DNA of 64,000 nucleotides from Dehalococcoidia bacterium (GCA_965209205.1 CBDBQC010000003.1:897872-961871); one strand, 5' to 3'. Positions 45,370-55,762 are shown, counted from the first letter of the stretch. The notes: generated from the letters alone by a model not told the origin. Numbers and translations are program-made.

Positions 45370-46620
45370 ATGGCGGCAGCGCTGGACGGGATGCGTGTCC
45401 TGGACATGACCCAATACGAGGCCGGTACGTCCGGCACCCAGGCGCTCGCCTGGCTGGGGGCCGACGTGGTCAAGATCGAGCGCCCCGGCTCCGGCGACCC
45501 CGGCCGCGTCGTCCGCACCGGCCAGGACCACGCGCCCTACTTCCTGACCTGGAACAGCAACAAGCGCAGCGTCTGCATCGACCTCGCCGCCCCCGAGGGG
45601 CGCGACATCTTCCTCAAGCTCGTGCCGCACTACGACGTCTTCGTCGAGAACTACGGTCCCGGCGTCGTCGAGAAGCTCGACATCGGCTACGACGTGCTGG
45701 CCGCCGTCAATCCCCGCCTCATCTACGCGCGTCTCAAGGGCTTCGGCACGACCGGCCCCTACGCGGGCTTCAAGTCGTTCGACATGATCGCGCAGGCGAT
45801 GGGCGGCGGCTTCTCCGTCACCGGCGAGGCCGACGGCCCGCCCATGCGCCCCGGCCCGACCGTCGGCGATGCCGGCACGGGCGTGCAGCTGGCCCTCGCC
45901 ATCACCGCCGCCTACGTCCAGCAGCAGCGCACCGGCCGCGGCCAGGAGATCGATCTCGCCATGTACGAGGCCTACACCTACTACATGCGCACCCAGCTCG
46001 CGGTCGCCGCGGCCGCCGGCCGCGACCAGCCCGCCCCCCGCAACGGCAACGCCGGCGGGGCGCCCACCGACCTCTACCCCTGCAAGCCCTTCGGCCCGAA
46101 CGACTGGGCCTACATCATGGTCGTGACCACGCGCATGTGGGACACGCTCTGCATCACCATCGACCGGCCCGACCTCCTCGCCGACCCCCGCTTCGAGCGA
46201 GGCCGCATGCGCAACGCCAATCGCGAGGCGCTGTACGAGGAGGTCGCCAAGTGGACCCGCGCCCACACCAAGCGGGAGGTGTTCCAGACCCTCGGCGCCG
46301 CCGGCGTGCCCTGCGGCTACAACGCCGACACGACCGACTACTGGACCGATCCCCACATGCAGGAGCGCGGCCTCATCCAGACCGTCCGCCACGCCGAGGC
46401 CGGCGACATCGACCTGCTGCGCTTCCCGCCCCTGATGTCCGACTCGCACGTCCCGATCGAGGCCGCCCCCCTGCTCGGCGCGCACACCGCCGAAGTCCTG
46501 GCCGCCGACCTCGGCCTCGGCGGTGACGAGATCCGCGACCTTGAGCAGCGCGGCGTCCTGGCCTCCCCCGAGATCCCCGAGGGGGCCGAGATGGAGCCGG
46601 ACCCCCAGCCCGCCCGCTGA
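45370..46620 (+). CDS. CoA-transferase family III (CaiB/BaiF/formyl-CoA transferase-like)
   Basis: MRVLDMTQYEAGTSGTQALAWLGADVVKIERPG...; catalytic Asp context ...KSFDMIAQAMGG... Confidence 0.8.
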   Translation: MAAALDGMRVLDMTQYEAGTSGTQALAWLGADVVKIERPGSGDPGRVVRTGQDHAPYFLTWNSNKRSVCIDLAAPEGRDIFLKLVPHYDVFVENYGPGVVEKLDIGYDVLAAVNPRLIYARLKGFGTTGPYAGFKSFDMIAQAMGGGFSVTGEADGPPMRPGPTVGDAGTGVQLALAITAAYVQQQRTGRGQEIDLAMYEAYTYYMRTQLAVAAAAGRDQPAPRNGNAGGAPTDLYPCKPFGPNDWAYIMVVTTRMWDTLCITIDRPDLLADPRFERGRMRNANREALYEEVAKWTRAHTKREVFQTLGAAGVPCGYNADTTDYWTDPHMQERGLIQTVRHAEAGDIDLLRFPPLMSDSHVPIEAAPLLGAHTAEVLAADLGLGGDEIRDLEQRGVLASPEIPEGAEMEPDPQPAR

Positions 46621-46627
46621 CGCCCGG

Positions 46628-47581
46628 CTACGTCGCGGCGGCAGTCCGGTTGCGCGCGTACTGCTGCAGCAGCGCCGTCAGCGTCGCCAGATGCGGCGTC
46701 TCGACGCCCAGTTCCCGCGCCCGCGACAGCGGCGCGCCGAAGATCGCCGACACCTCCATTTCTCGCCCCTCCAGGTAGTCGATCATCGTGCTGGGGCGGT
46801 AGGGGCCCATCCGGTCGGTGAGGCCGAACATCGTCTCCACGATGGCCGGCCCGTCGATCCGCAGCGCCTCGCCGCGCGCCTCCAGATCGGCGTTGCCCGC
46901 CGCCACGACCTCCTGCATCGTCGCCCGCGCGATGGCGCGCAGCGCCGCGTCGCCCACCACGACGTCGGTCATGACGCCGCCCGCCGCGACGCAGAGCCCG
47001 TTGAAGGGGATGTTCCAGCAGAGCTTCTCCCATCGCGCCCGCCGCAGCGATGGCACGCCGCTGAACTCCACCCGCGCCGGCGCCCAGAGCGCCAGCGCCC
47101 GCGCCACCTCCGCCGCGTCGTCGAGCAGATGTCCCACCGTCACCGCGCCGTACGCCAGGTGATGCACGCGCCCGGGCTCGCCGCGGTTCACGCACGTGAA
47201 CGCCATCCCGCCGAAGACCCGCTCGCGCCCGAACCACTCGCCGAAGCGCTCCTCCAGCCCCAGCCCGTTCATCAGCAGCAGGATGCGCGTGTGCGGTCCC
47301 AGACACGGCCCGACGAGCGCCTCGGCCTCCCCGATCGACGTCGACTTGAGCGCGCAGACCACCCAGTCGGCCTGCCCGATCTCCGCCGCCGTCCGCGCGA
47401 TCGACGGCTCGTTCAGCGCGAAGTCGCCCAGCGGGCTCGTGCAGTGCAGGCCCCCCGTTCGCACGGCCTCGTAGTCGCGACGCATGAGGAAGTGCACGTC
47501 GTGGCCCGCCTGCGCGAGGCGCGCCCCGTAGTAGCTCCCGACCGCTCCCGCACCGATGACCGCGACCCGCTGCGCCTCCAC
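46628..47581 (-). CDS. panE: 2-dehydropantoate 2-reductase (ketopantoate reductase, PanE/ApbA family)
   Basis: N-terminal Rossmann VAVIGAGAVGSYYGARLAQAGHDV from a GTG start; C-terminal ApbA_C domain. The ORF-track start overlaps the upstream gene and is spurious. Confidence 0.7.
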   Translation of the reverse strand: MEAQRVAVIGAGAVGSYYGARLAQAGHDVHFLMRRDYEAVRTGGLHCTSPLGDFALNEPSIARTAAEIGQADWVVCALKSTSIGEAEALVGPCLGPHTRILLLMNGLGLEERFGEWFGRERVFGGMAFTCVNRGEPGRVHHLAYGAVTVGHLLDDAAEVARALALWAPARVEFSGVPSLRRARWEKLCWNIPFNGLCVAAGGVMTDVVVGDAALRAIARATMQEVVAAGNADLEARGEALRIDGPAIVETMFGLTDRMGPYRPSTMIDYLEGREMEVSAIFGAPLSRARELGVETPHLATLTALLQQYARNRTAAAT

Positions 47582-47601
47582 GTCGTCGCTGCCCCGCCCC
47601 G

Positions 47602-48456
47602 TCAGGCCGCGTGATCGCGCAGGAACGCCCGGATCGTCTCGGTCGTCGCCGCCCGCTTCTCCTCCGACCGGCAATCGACGTCCAGGCAGCGGGCGTCGGG
47701 GGCTTCGGCGCAGATCTTGCGCGCCACGCTGGTGGGGTGGAAGTCGTCGCTGCCGGGCAGGATCAGCAGCGGCGCGGGACAGCCGCGCAGCCACTCCTCC
47801 GACACCGTGAAGTACGGCGGCCGGTCGGGCCAGATGGCCCAGGCGAACTCGTCAACGAGGCCGACGTACTCCTCCCGCGACATCGCGCCGATCTCGTCGC
47901 GGAAGGCCGGGTCGGCCGCGATCCGCCGCGCGAAGGGACCGCCCCCGTTGGCCTGTACGAACAGCGGGTCCTTGATGGCCGCCCCCACCACCGCCGCCGG
48001 CCCCTGCTCTCGCGCGAGTCGCAGCGTGGACGCGAACATGCGATGGAAGGTGGCGGGCGAGTTCGTGTGATCGAGCCCCACCGGGTCCTGGCCGACCGCC
48101 CCCGTGATCCGCTCCGGCGCCTCCTGGATCAGCCGCAGCAGGTAGCCCACGCCGATGCAGCCGCCCCAGACCTGCGCCCGCTCGACCCCGGCGTCGTCGA
48201 GCACCGCCAGTTGATCCTGCCAGGCCAGGTCGTACGAGAAGTGCGGCGGCGCGTTCCAGCTCCGGCCCGCGTGGCGCTGATCCATCCCGATCAGCGTGAA
48301 CTCCGACGCCAGCTCGGCGATCGGGTCGATGGCGCCCCGGGCCCACATCCCGACCTCGCTGTTCACGCCCCCCGGCGCGATCAGCAGCACGGCCGGCCCG
48401 CTGCCGAACGTCTCGTAGTGGATGACCGCCCCGTCGGGCCGCGTGATGTCGGGCAT
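47602..48456 (-). CDS. alpha/beta hydrolase fold protein
   Basis: 284 aa; ...VWGGCIGVGY... nucleophile elbow-like motif. Confidence 0.6.
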   Translation of the reverse strand: MPDITRPDGAVIHYETFGSGPAVLLIAPGGVNSEVGMWARGAIDPIAELASEFTLIGMDQRHAGRSWNAPPHFSYDLAWQDQLAVLDDAGVERAQVWGGCIGVGYLLRLIQEAPERITGAVGQDPVGLDHTNSPATFHRMFASTLRLAREQGPAAVVGAAIKDPLFVQANGGGPFARRIAADPAFRDEIGAMSREEYVGLVDEFAWAIWPDRPPYFTVSEEWLRGCPAPLLILPGSDDFHPTSVARKICAEAPDARCLDVDCRSEEKRAATTETIRAFLRDHAA

Positions 48457-48472
48457 CGTGCCGCCTACTCCC

Positions 48473-50062
48473 TCAGTTCACCCGGCGCGACTGCCCCTGC
48501 CAGTACTGATTGCGCAGCTCGAACTTCTTCAGCTTGCCGGTGGCCGTGCGGGGCAGCGCCTCGACGAACTCCACCCGGCCCGGCGTCTTGAAGTGCGCCA
48601 TCAACTCCCGGCAGTGCGCGCGGATCTCGTCGCTGGTCGGGCGGGCGCCCGCGCGCGGGACGATGATCGCCATCGGCGTCTCGCCCCACTTCTCCGACGG
48701 CACGCCGATCACCGCCGCCTCGAGCACCGAGGGATGCTTGTACAGCACGTCCTCGATCTCGATCGACGAGATGTTCTCCCCGCCCGAGATGATCACGTCC
48801 TTCGCCCGGTCGACGATGTTGATGTAGCCGTCCTGGTTCACCGTGGCCATGTCGCCCGTGAAGAACCAGCCGTCGCGGATGACCTTGGCCGTCTCCTCGG
48901 GCTGCTCCCAGTAGCCCTCCAACACGACGTTCGACCGCGCCGCCACTTCCCCGATCGACTCGTCGTCCCAGGGCACTTCCTCCCCGTCCGGCCCGAACAC
49001 CCGCACGTCGGTGCCGATCACCTCCTGCCCCGCCCGCGCCTTGGTGCGGTAGTAGGCCTCGCCGGTCAACCGCAGGTGCGGCTTCACCTCGGCGACCGTC
49101 AGGATCGGCGATGTCTCCGTCAGCCCGTAGAGCTGGATGAACTCCCAGCCCAGTTCCTCCTCCAGCCGCTGGATGAAGGTCTGCGGCGGCGGCGCACCGG
49201 CCACCACGAACCGGGGCCGGGTGCTGATCGTGTAGTCGGCCTTGCCGGGGAACTCCAGGATCGTGGCCAGGACGGCCGGGGCCATGCAGGCGAACGTGAT
49301 CCCCTCGTCCTGGATCATCTGGTAGATCGCCGCCCCCTCGACCTTGCGCAGCACGACGTGCGTGCCGCCCATCGCCGTGATCGCGTAGGGGCCGCCCCAG
49401 CCGTTGGCGTGGAACATGGGCAGCGTCCACATCTCGCGGTCGTCCTGCGTGATGCGCCAGTGCGCGATCGCGTTGTACGCGTTGATGTAGGCGTTGCGAT
49501 GCGTGATCATCACGCCCTTCGGCCGGGCCGTCGTGCCGGACGTGTAGTTGATGCTCAGCAGGTCCGACTCCGACAGCCCCGGATCGGGTGGGGCCGACGC
49601 CGGCTGCGCCGCGGCCAGCGCCTCGTAGTCCTCCCAGCCGGGCAGCACTTCGTCCGTCTCGAACCGCACCGTCACGTAGTGCTCCACGGCCGGCAGCTTG
49701 TCGCGCAGCCCGTCCACGGCCGCCGCGTAGTCCGAGTCCACCACCGCCACCTTCGTCCCGGAGTGGCTCAGGACGTACTCGAAGTCCGACGCGATCAGCC
49801 GGTAGTTGATCGGCACGACGCCGGCCCCGATCGCGGCCGTGGCGTACAGCACCTCCAGGAACTGGTGACTGTTGGGACTCAGGATCGCGACGCGATCGCC
49901 CTTGCCGACGCCGAGCGCCAGCAGCGCGTTCGCGAATTGGTTCACGCGCGCGCCGAACTCGGCGTAGGTGAGGCGCAGTTCCCCGTTGACCACGGCCTCT
50001 TGCCCGGGGTAGAGCTTGACGGCCCGGCGCAGAAAATCGTTGACGACCAGCGGGACTTCCAT
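48473..50062 (-). CDS. AMP-dependent acyl-CoA synthetase/ligase (fatty-acid--CoA ligase)
   Basis: AMP-binding motif YTSGTTARPKGV, ...GYGLTET..., and C-terminal ...GKLKKFELR. Confidence 0.85.
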   Translation of the reverse strand: MEVPLVVNDFLRRAVKLYPGQEAVVNGELRLTYAEFGARVNQFANALLALGVGKGDRVAILSPNSHQFLEVLYATAAIGAGVVPINYRLIASDFEYVLSHSGTKVAVVDSDYAAAVDGLRDKLPAVEHYVTVRFETDEVLPGWEDYEALAAAQPASAPPDPGLSESDLLSINYTSGTTARPKGVMITHRNAYINAYNAIAHWRITQDDREMWTLPMFHANGWGGPYAITAMGGTHVVLRKVEGAAIYQMIQDEGITFACMAPAVLATILEFPGKADYTISTRPRFVVAGAPPPQTFIQRLEEELGWEFIQLYGLTETSPILTVAEVKPHLRLTGEAYYRTKARAGQEVIGTDVRVFGPDGEEVPWDDESIGEVAARSNVVLEGYWEQPEETAKVIRDGWFFTGDMATVNQDGYINIVDRAKDVIISGGENISSIEIEDVLYKHPSVLEAAVIGVPSEKWGETPMAIIVPRAGARPTSDEIRAHCRELMAHFKTPGRVEFVEALPRTATGKLKKFELRNQYWQGQSRRVN

Positions 50063-50210
50063 CGGCGTGCTCCCCTCATCCGCGGTGGCGGCGTGGCGCA
50101 AGTCTGCCATCCGCGCGCGCCCGCTCGCAAGATCCGCCGTCCCTGCGACGGACCGCGCCGGCGCGGCCGCCGCGGCCCACGATCCGCACCCGGCGACCGC
50201 CGCCCGCGCG

Positions 50211-50963
50211 CTACTGCCGTGCGCCCGGCATCACCCAGACCGACGGCTTGGGCCGGTCGAACGAGAGCCCGGGCATGCCCGGGTACAGGTTGCTCAGCGT
50301 CAACTCGAACGGCTGCGTGTAGACGATCTCCCCGTCCACCAGGCGGAACGGCCGGTCGTGTCCCGGGTAGAGCACATCCGACGCCGCCACGATCTTGCGG
50401 ATGCTCGCGTCGGCCTGCGTCTTATCGAAGAACACCAGCGGGCTCTCGCCCGTCAGCGCGACGCGCGCGAAATGCAGGGCGTCGCCCGTGAGCCCCGAGA
50501 GCCCGTCGTCCGACTCCACCAGCAGGCCAATGCTGCCCGGCGAGTGTCCCGGGATGTCGATCACCCGCACCCCCCGCGCGAGCTCATCCCCGTCGCTCAC
50601 CTCCTGGATCGTGTGCGTCTCCAGGGCGGCCCCCGTCCAGGCCGGCGTCGCCCAGTCGTTGGGGTGCGGGTTCTGCGCGTAGCGGCGCTCGTCGGGATGG
50701 ATCAGCATGGGCGCGTTCGTGAAGCGGTCGAAGTTCTGCGCGTGGTCCCAGTGCGCGTGCGACATCACCTGCAGGTCGATGTCCTCCGGCCCCAGCTTGC
50801 GCTCCTTGAGCGCCGCCTCGAGCCCCGTGTAGCGGCCCACGTGGCCGGTATCGAACAGGATGCGCTTCCCCTCCGACTCGACCAGGATGATCGAGCACAT
50901 CGCGGGGATGCCGGTGCTCGCCCCCCAGGCCTGCCCGGGCATCAAGACGTCAACCGTTGCCAT
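50211..50963 (-). CDS. MBL-fold metallo-hydrolase (lactonase-like)
   Basis: HAHWDHAQN (HxHxDH) motif; 250 aa. Confidence 0.75.
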   Translation of the reverse strand: MATVDVLMPGQAWGASTGIPAMCSIILVESEGKRILFDTGHVGRYTGLEAALKERKLGPEDIDLQVMSHAHWDHAQNFDRFTNAPMLIHPDERRYAQNPHPNDWATPAWTGAALETHTIQEVSDGDELARGVRVIDIPGHSPGSIGLLVESDDGLSGLTGDALHFARVALTGESPLVFFDKTQADASIRKIVAASDVLYPGHDRPFRLVDGEIVYTQPFELTLSNLYPGMPGLSFDRPKPSVWVMPGARQ

Positions 50964-51236
50964 CGCATCTCCTCCCGCTCGTGCGATCCGGGATCTGGCG
51001 GACCGCCACGCTGCGTATGCTGCCGCCCCGCCATGCTACGCGCATCACCGGCGTCGTCGCCTCCCGCCCCGCCTCCGCCCGCGTCCGGGATGGGCGCTGC
51101 CCGTCACATCGCCGCTGGCGGCAGCCGCGCCGTCTGCCCTACCATCGCCCTGCCCCCGATCACGCGCGCCCGCGGGGCGCAGGCCCGGGAGGCACGACAC
51201 CGGCCACGACCGGCCGGACACAACGAAAGGGACCCC

Positions 51237-51668
51237 ATGCCAACCCCAGACGAAGCGCGCGCCGCCATCGCCGCCGCCCGCAGCGATCTCAGCGCCGCGT
51301 TCGATGAGGCCATCGGCGGCTGGCAGAAGAAGCCCGCCGCCGGCGAGGGCGAAGAGGCCTGGTCGGCGCAGGAGACGGCCGCCCACGTGCTGGGCGCGGA
51401 GATCTTCTTCGCGCGTTCGGTCTGCGAGTCCAGCGGCCTCGACGGCCCCGCCAACCCGATCAAGGGCGCGCTGATCGCCTCGCCCCAGGAGGCGCAGTCC
51501 GCGCTGGAGGCCGTCGCCGAGGCCTCCGACGCCAAGGTCGCCGCCGTCGGCCCCGACGACATGGGCAAGCCCCACGAGATGATGGGCACGGTGGAGCAAG
51601 CCTTCGCCGCCTGGGCCGGCCACCTCCGCGACCACGCCGCGCAGATCCGCGCGGCCGCGGCGTCATGA
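51237..51668 (+). CDS. DinB-like/DinB_2-family small protein
   Basis: 143 aa; ...WSAQETAAHVLGAEIFF...; ATG preceded by AAAGGGA. Confidence 0.5.
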   Translation: MPTPDEARAAIAAARSDLSAAFDEAIGGWQKKPAAGEGEEAWSAQETAAHVLGAEIFFARSVCESSGLDGPANPIKGALIASPQEAQSALEAVAEASDAKVAAVGPDDMGKPHEMMGTVEQAFAAWAGHLRDHAAQIRAAAAS

Positions 51669-51862
51669 GGCGGCGGCTCGCGCCCCTCGCCGGGGCGGTG
51701 CTGCTGATGCTGCTGACGAGTGGCGCCGCCTTCGCGGCCGGTGAGGGCGGCGGCCACCTCCCGGCCGGCGCGATCGTGGGACTCGTCGTCTCCGTGCTGA
51801 TCGCCGGGCTCGTGGTGGTGCTGTCGCTGGGCTACATCCTGCCCAAGCCGCCCGGTCGCTAG
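51665..51862 (+). CDS. hypothetical small secreted/membrane peptide (65 aa)
   Basis: ATGA overlap with the upstream stop; signal-peptide-like N-terminus and one C-terminal TM segment. Confidence 0.35.
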   Translation: MRRRLAPLAGAVLLMLLTSGAAFAAGEGGGHLPAGAIVGLVVSVLIAGLVVVLSLGYILPKPPGR

Positions 51863-51865
51863 GGG

Positions 51866-52608
51866 CCGCCCTGGCCCGGCCGGGCGCCACGCCGATCCTG
51901 CTCCTGCCGGCCGCGGGCCACGACGCCCGATCCTGGCCGGCCGCCTTCCTGCAGGCCCTTGCGCCCCGCCCGCTCCTGCGCCCGAGCTGGCCCGGCCTCC
52001 CGCCCGATCCGACGATCGGCGACCTGGCCGCCGCCATCCGGGCGGACGTCGATGCCCAGCTCCCGCGGAGCGCCCGGGTGCACGTCGTCGGGCAGGGCCT
52101 GGGGGCGCTCGTCGCGCTGGAACTGGCGCTCGGGCGTCGCCGGCTGGCGGCGTCGCTGACACTGGTGGCGGGGCATCCCGGCGAGCGCACCGCGGTCGCG
52201 CCGCCGCCGTGGGTCGCGACCGCCCTCGCGGAGGCCCTCGACTGCGATGCCGCCTCGCCGCCCGTCGGGCTCAACGCGCTGCGGCACGCCCCCGCCTTCA
52301 GCGACCGCCCCGCGCCGCTCTCGCCCGCGGCGGAGATCCGGGCGCAGCTGCGCGCCGCGGCGACCGCCGACAGCTACGGCCGCCTGCCCCGCCTGCGCCT
52401 CCCCACGCTGCTGCTCCACGGCAGCGCCGACATCGTGGTCCTGCCCGACAACAGCCGCATCCTGGCCGATCGCATCCGCGGCGCGCGGCTGCACATCATC
52501 CCCGGCGGCGGCCACGCGCTGGTCCAGGAGCGGCCCGCCCTCGCCGGCGCGCTGCTGCGCGACTTCCTCGCCGCCCAGGCCCGCCCCGGCGCCGCGGCTC
52601 GGGCATAA
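51866..52608 (+). CDS. alpha/beta hydrolase, 5' region lacks a canonical start (possible pseudogene or non-canonical initiation)
   Basis: Homology (PILLLPAAGHDARSW... hydrolase N-terminus) extends upstream of the first in-frame GTG (52078). C-terminal ...LLLHGSADIVV...GGGHAL is a typical abhydrolase. Confidence 0.45.
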
Positions 52609-52647
52609 CCGATCGGCGCGGGCGCTCCCGCCCGCTAGACTGCGATC

Positions 52648-53181
52648 GTGCTACGTCGTGACCACGCCCTCGCCTACGCGCCGCTCGAGACCGCCCTGGG
52701 CCGAGTCCTGGTGGGCTATCGCGGCGATACCGTCCTGTCGTCCAGCCTCACGCAGACGCCGGCCCAGTTCGCCTCCGCCCTCGGCGAGCGGCACGGCCGT
52801 CCCCCCGAGGCCCACGCCGGTCTGCCCGATGGGCTGCGCGAGCCCGTCCGCACCGCCGTCGAGGGCGGCCCCTGCGTCGTCGATATCGACCTCGCCCCGC
52901 TCACGCCCTTCCAGCAGAAGGTCCTGCGCGAGGTCGTCGCCATCCCGCGCGGGCAAACCTGCACGTACGGCGAACTCGCCGAGCGCGTCGGCGCCCCCCG
53001 CGCGGCCCGCGCCGTTGGCTCCGCCCTGGCGCGCAACCCCGTGCCGCTGCTGATCCCCTGCCACCGCGTCGTCCGCTCCGGCGGCGACGTCGGGAAGTAC
53101 GGCATGGGCGGCGCGCAGATCAAGAAACGGCTGCTGCGCCGCGAAGGCGCGCTGAGCGCCGCCGGCCGCGTCGTCGCCTGA
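52648..53181 (+). CDS. ogt: methylated-DNA--protein-cysteine methyltransferase (Ogt/MGMT)
   Basis: Active-site PCHRVV motif and HTH region ...TCTYGELAERVGAPRAARAVGSALARNPV. Confidence 0.85.
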   Translation: MLRRDHALAYAPLETALGRVLVGYRGDTVLSSSLTQTPAQFASALGERHGRPPEAHAGLPDGLREPVRTAVEGGPCVVDIDLAPLTPFQQKVLREVVAIPRGQTCTYGELAERVGAPRAARAVGSALARNPVPLLIPCHRVVRSGGDVGKYGMGGAQIKKRLLRREGALSAAGRVVA

Positions 53182-53230
53182 CTGCGCCGCGTCCTCGCCC
53201 GCGCCTACCGCCCGCGCTTACCGCCCGCGT

Positions 53231-54169
53231 CTACCGGAAGTGCGGCAGCACCTGCTCGGCGAAGAGTTGGGCCGGCTCGATCGTGTCGCGGCCGAAGAAC
53301 TCCATCATGAACATCGTGCAGCCCAGGTCGATGTGCTGCTGCACGCGTTCCACGATGCGCTCCGGTGTCCCGGTCAGCGCGATGGGCCCCGCCGGGTCGC
53401 CCATGTGCCCGCCGAAGATGCGCTGCGCCCGTTCCATCGCGACGGCGGCGCTCTCGTCGTCGGCGGCGATCGTCACCAGCACCTGCTGCGAGATCGTGAT
53501 CTCGGCCGGGTCCCGGCCCACGGCCTCGCAGTGCCCGCGCAGCACGCCGACCTTGTGCGCCAACTGCTCGTGCGTCCCGGCCGCGTTGTTCCAGATGTCG
53601 GCGTGCTGGGCCGCCAGCTTCAGCGTGACCTTCTCGCCCCCGCCGCCGATCAGCAGCGGCACGCGGCGGGCCGGCTTGGGCAGGCAGACGAGGTTCTCGG
53701 TGCGGAAGTACTGGCCGTCGTAGCTCAGCGACTCCGTGTCCTCGTCCCACATGCCGCGCAGCAGTTCCACCGCCTCCCGCATCTGGCCCAGCCGATCGCG
53801 GGTGTTGGGGAACGGCATGTTGAAGTCGGTGTACTCGCGCGGCATCCAGCCCGCGCCGATGCCGGCGATGATGCGGCCGTCGCTGATGTGGTCGACGGTC
53901 GCGATCACCTTGCCCAGGTGGGCGGGGTTGCGCATCCCCGCCGGCGTCACCAGCGTGCCGATCTCCACCCGATCCGTGCTGGCCGCCAGCGCCGCCACCT
54001 CCGACCACGCCTCGAGGATCGGGATGCTGGGTGACTGCGGCCCATAGAGGTGGTCGTTGACCCAGATCGAGTCGTAGCCCATCTCCTCGAACGCCGTCGC
54101 GGCGCGGCGGGCGTCGGCCCAGCTGCGCTTGATCTGGGGCGTCATCACCCCGAAGTGTGCCTGGCTCAT
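53231..54169 (-). CDS. luciferase-like, probably F420-dependent oxidoreductase
   Basis: Start MSQAHFGVMTPQ...; ...DSIWVNDHL...; luciferase-like TIM-barrel family. The ORF-track N-terminal extension is spurious. Confidence 0.75.
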   Translation of the reverse strand: MSQAHFGVMTPQIKRSWADARRAATAFEEMGYDSIWVNDHLYGPQSPSIPILEAWSEVAALAASTDRVEIGTLVTPAGMRNPAHLGKVIATVDHISDGRIIAGIGAGWMPREYTDFNMPFPNTRDRLGQMREAVELLRGMWDEDTESLSYDGQYFRTENLVCLPKPARRVPLLIGGGGEKVTLKLAAQHADIWNNAAGTHEQLAHKVGVLRGHCEAVGRDPAEITISQQVLVTIAADDESAAVAMERAQRIFGGHMGDPAGPIALTGTPERIVERVQQHIDLGCTMFMMEFFGRDTIEPAQLFAEQVLPHFR

Positions 54170-54302
54170 CGCTGCGGTCCTTCCCCTCGGCCTGCGTTCG
54201 CGTCGAAGCAGGGGAGAGGGTAGCCGCCGGGGTCGCCGCACGCGAGCGGCCCGCGCCCGGCCGAGGGTTCGCGCGGTATGCTCCACGCCCAAGGAGTGGC
54301 GC

Positions 54303-54773
54303 ATGCGCTGGCTGGCCGCCGTGACGAGCGTCGAGATCGACCGGCCGATTGACGACGTGTGGGCATTCGTGACGGACATCGGGAACATGCCGCACTGGGT
54401 CGACGGGGTGTCGGAGCCGGCGCTGACGCCGGGGGCGGATGCTGCGGCGTCACCCCTGGAGGCCGGGACGCCGTTCACGAGCCGCTACACCTACGCCGGC
54501 CGCACCCACACGATGCACTACGTCGTGACCGACCTGGAGCCGCCCACCCACTACGCGCTCAAGTCCACCGAGGGCCCCTACCCCGTCGAACTGCGGCTGC
54601 GGCTGTCGTCGGGCGCCGACGGCGCGACGACGCTGGAGAAGACGACCCGCGCCGGCTCCGACGGCGTCGTCACGAGCGCGATGTTCCTGCTGTTCGGCCC
54701 GCTGCTGCGTCGCATGATGCGCCGGCAGATGTCGAAGGAGCTCGCCCGCTGCAAGGCGGCCGTCGAGGGCTGA
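54303..54773 (+). CDS. SRPBCC (START/polyketide-cyclase-like) family protein
   Basis: ...IDRPIDDVWAFVTDIGNMPHWV...; RBS AAGGAGTGG. Confidence 0.65.
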   Translation: MRWLAAVTSVEIDRPIDDVWAFVTDIGNMPHWVDGVSEPALTPGADAAASPLEAGTPFTSRYTYAGRTHTMHYVVTDLEPPTHYALKSTEGPYPVELRLRLSSGADGATTLEKTTRAGSDGVVTSAMFLLFGPLLRRMMRRQMSKELARCKAAVEG

Positions 54774-54782
54774 GCGCGCGCC

Positions 54783-54833
54783 GACCTCACCCCCTGGCCC
54801 CCTCTCCATCTGAAGCGACGGAGAGAGGGAACG
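54783..54833. repeat. degenerate copy of the palindromic repeat family at an island boundary
   Basis: GACCTCACCCCCTGGCCCCCTCTCCATCTGAAGCGACGGAGAGAGGGAACG (terminus plus a decayed hairpin). Confidence 0.55.
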
Positions 54834-55144
54834 TGACCGCGAACGGGCGGGGCGTGCGGCGAGGCTCGCAGCGAAGTGGGCAGCGTGGGGGGTACCATCG
54901 CGGGGTGAGGTCCACGCGTGCGACCTCAAACCACCGATACTGGACCAGTCATGGCTGTCGACGCACGAATGGACGAATACGTACGGCGGGCGCAGCCGTT
55001 CATCGAGTCCGGAGACTTCGACGAACAGGAGGCGAAGTACAAGCTGGATGGCGTCGTCGCGTAGGGTCCCTGGTCGCACCACTGGGCGGTCGCGCAGTGA
55101 TCGCGCGAAGGTACGGGGAGAGATCAGAAGCCTCTAGACTCTCA

Positions 55145-55762
55145 AGGATGGCCGAAGAACAGAACTGGTGGTGCACTCTCGACGCACGATGGGCGGAGAC
55201 TCGTCGACTGCCGTCCGTCGCGTATACCTGTGGCTACTGTGGCCGTGCCGTCGCGTCAGAACGGGGGTGGTACACCGAAGCTATGCTCGCGACCATCCGC
55301 GTGTGCCCCCAATGCAATGCCCCAACGTTCTTCAGCGCTCAGGGCGCGCAGCACCCGGGCCCGCTCCTTGGTGGGAAAGTCGCGAGCCTCGCCGACGATG
55401 TCCGGGGCATCTACGACGAGGCGCGGAATGCTCTGACCGTCGGGGCAGCCACCGGAACGGTGATGCTCTGCCGCAAGATACTGATGCACGTCGCGGTCGA
55501 TATGGGGGCCAACGAGGGTAAGAGGTTCCAGGAATACGTCGAGTGGCTCGCGGACGAAGGGTGGATTCCGAAGGGTGGTCAGCGCTGGGTCGACTTCATC
55601 CGGCGGCGCGGGAACGAGGCCAACCACAAGCTCCCCGACATAACAAGAGAAGATGCCGAGGGGATTCTGAAGTTCACCGAACTGTTGCTTCGGAATGTCT
55701 ACGAGCTACACGCCTTGCTGCCTCCGCCCCCCGATGCTGGGCCTTCAGAGGATGGCGGATGA
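55145..55762 (+). CDS. zinc-ribbon plus DUF4145 domain protein
   Basis: N-terminal CGYCGR...CPQCN (four Cys in two CxxC pairs). C-terminal ILMHVAVDMG...FQEYVEWLADEGWIPKG...FIRRRGNEANHKLPDITREDAEGILKFTELLLRNVYEL matches the DUF4145 core. Convergent with the R-M pair. Start coordinate +/-3. Confidence 0.6.
   Translation, partial: RMAEEQNWWCTLDARWAETRRLPSVAYTCGYCGRAVASERGWYTEAMLATIRVCPQCNAPTFFSAQGAQHPGPLLGGKVASLADDVRGIYDEARNALTVGAATGTVMLCRKILMHVAVDMGANEGKRFQEYVEWLADEGWIPKGGQRWVDFIRRRGNEANHKLPDITREDAEGILKFTELLLRNVYELHALLPPPPDAGPSEDGG

Noticed and set aside
54951-55064. 37-codon ORF MAVDARMDEYVRRAQPFIESGDFDEQEAKYKLDGVVA at the island boundary.
   Set aside because: Too short and without a clear RBS. 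It may be the N-terminal remnant of a larger gene displaced when the R-M island inserted. It is mentioned in the island finding but not called as a gene.
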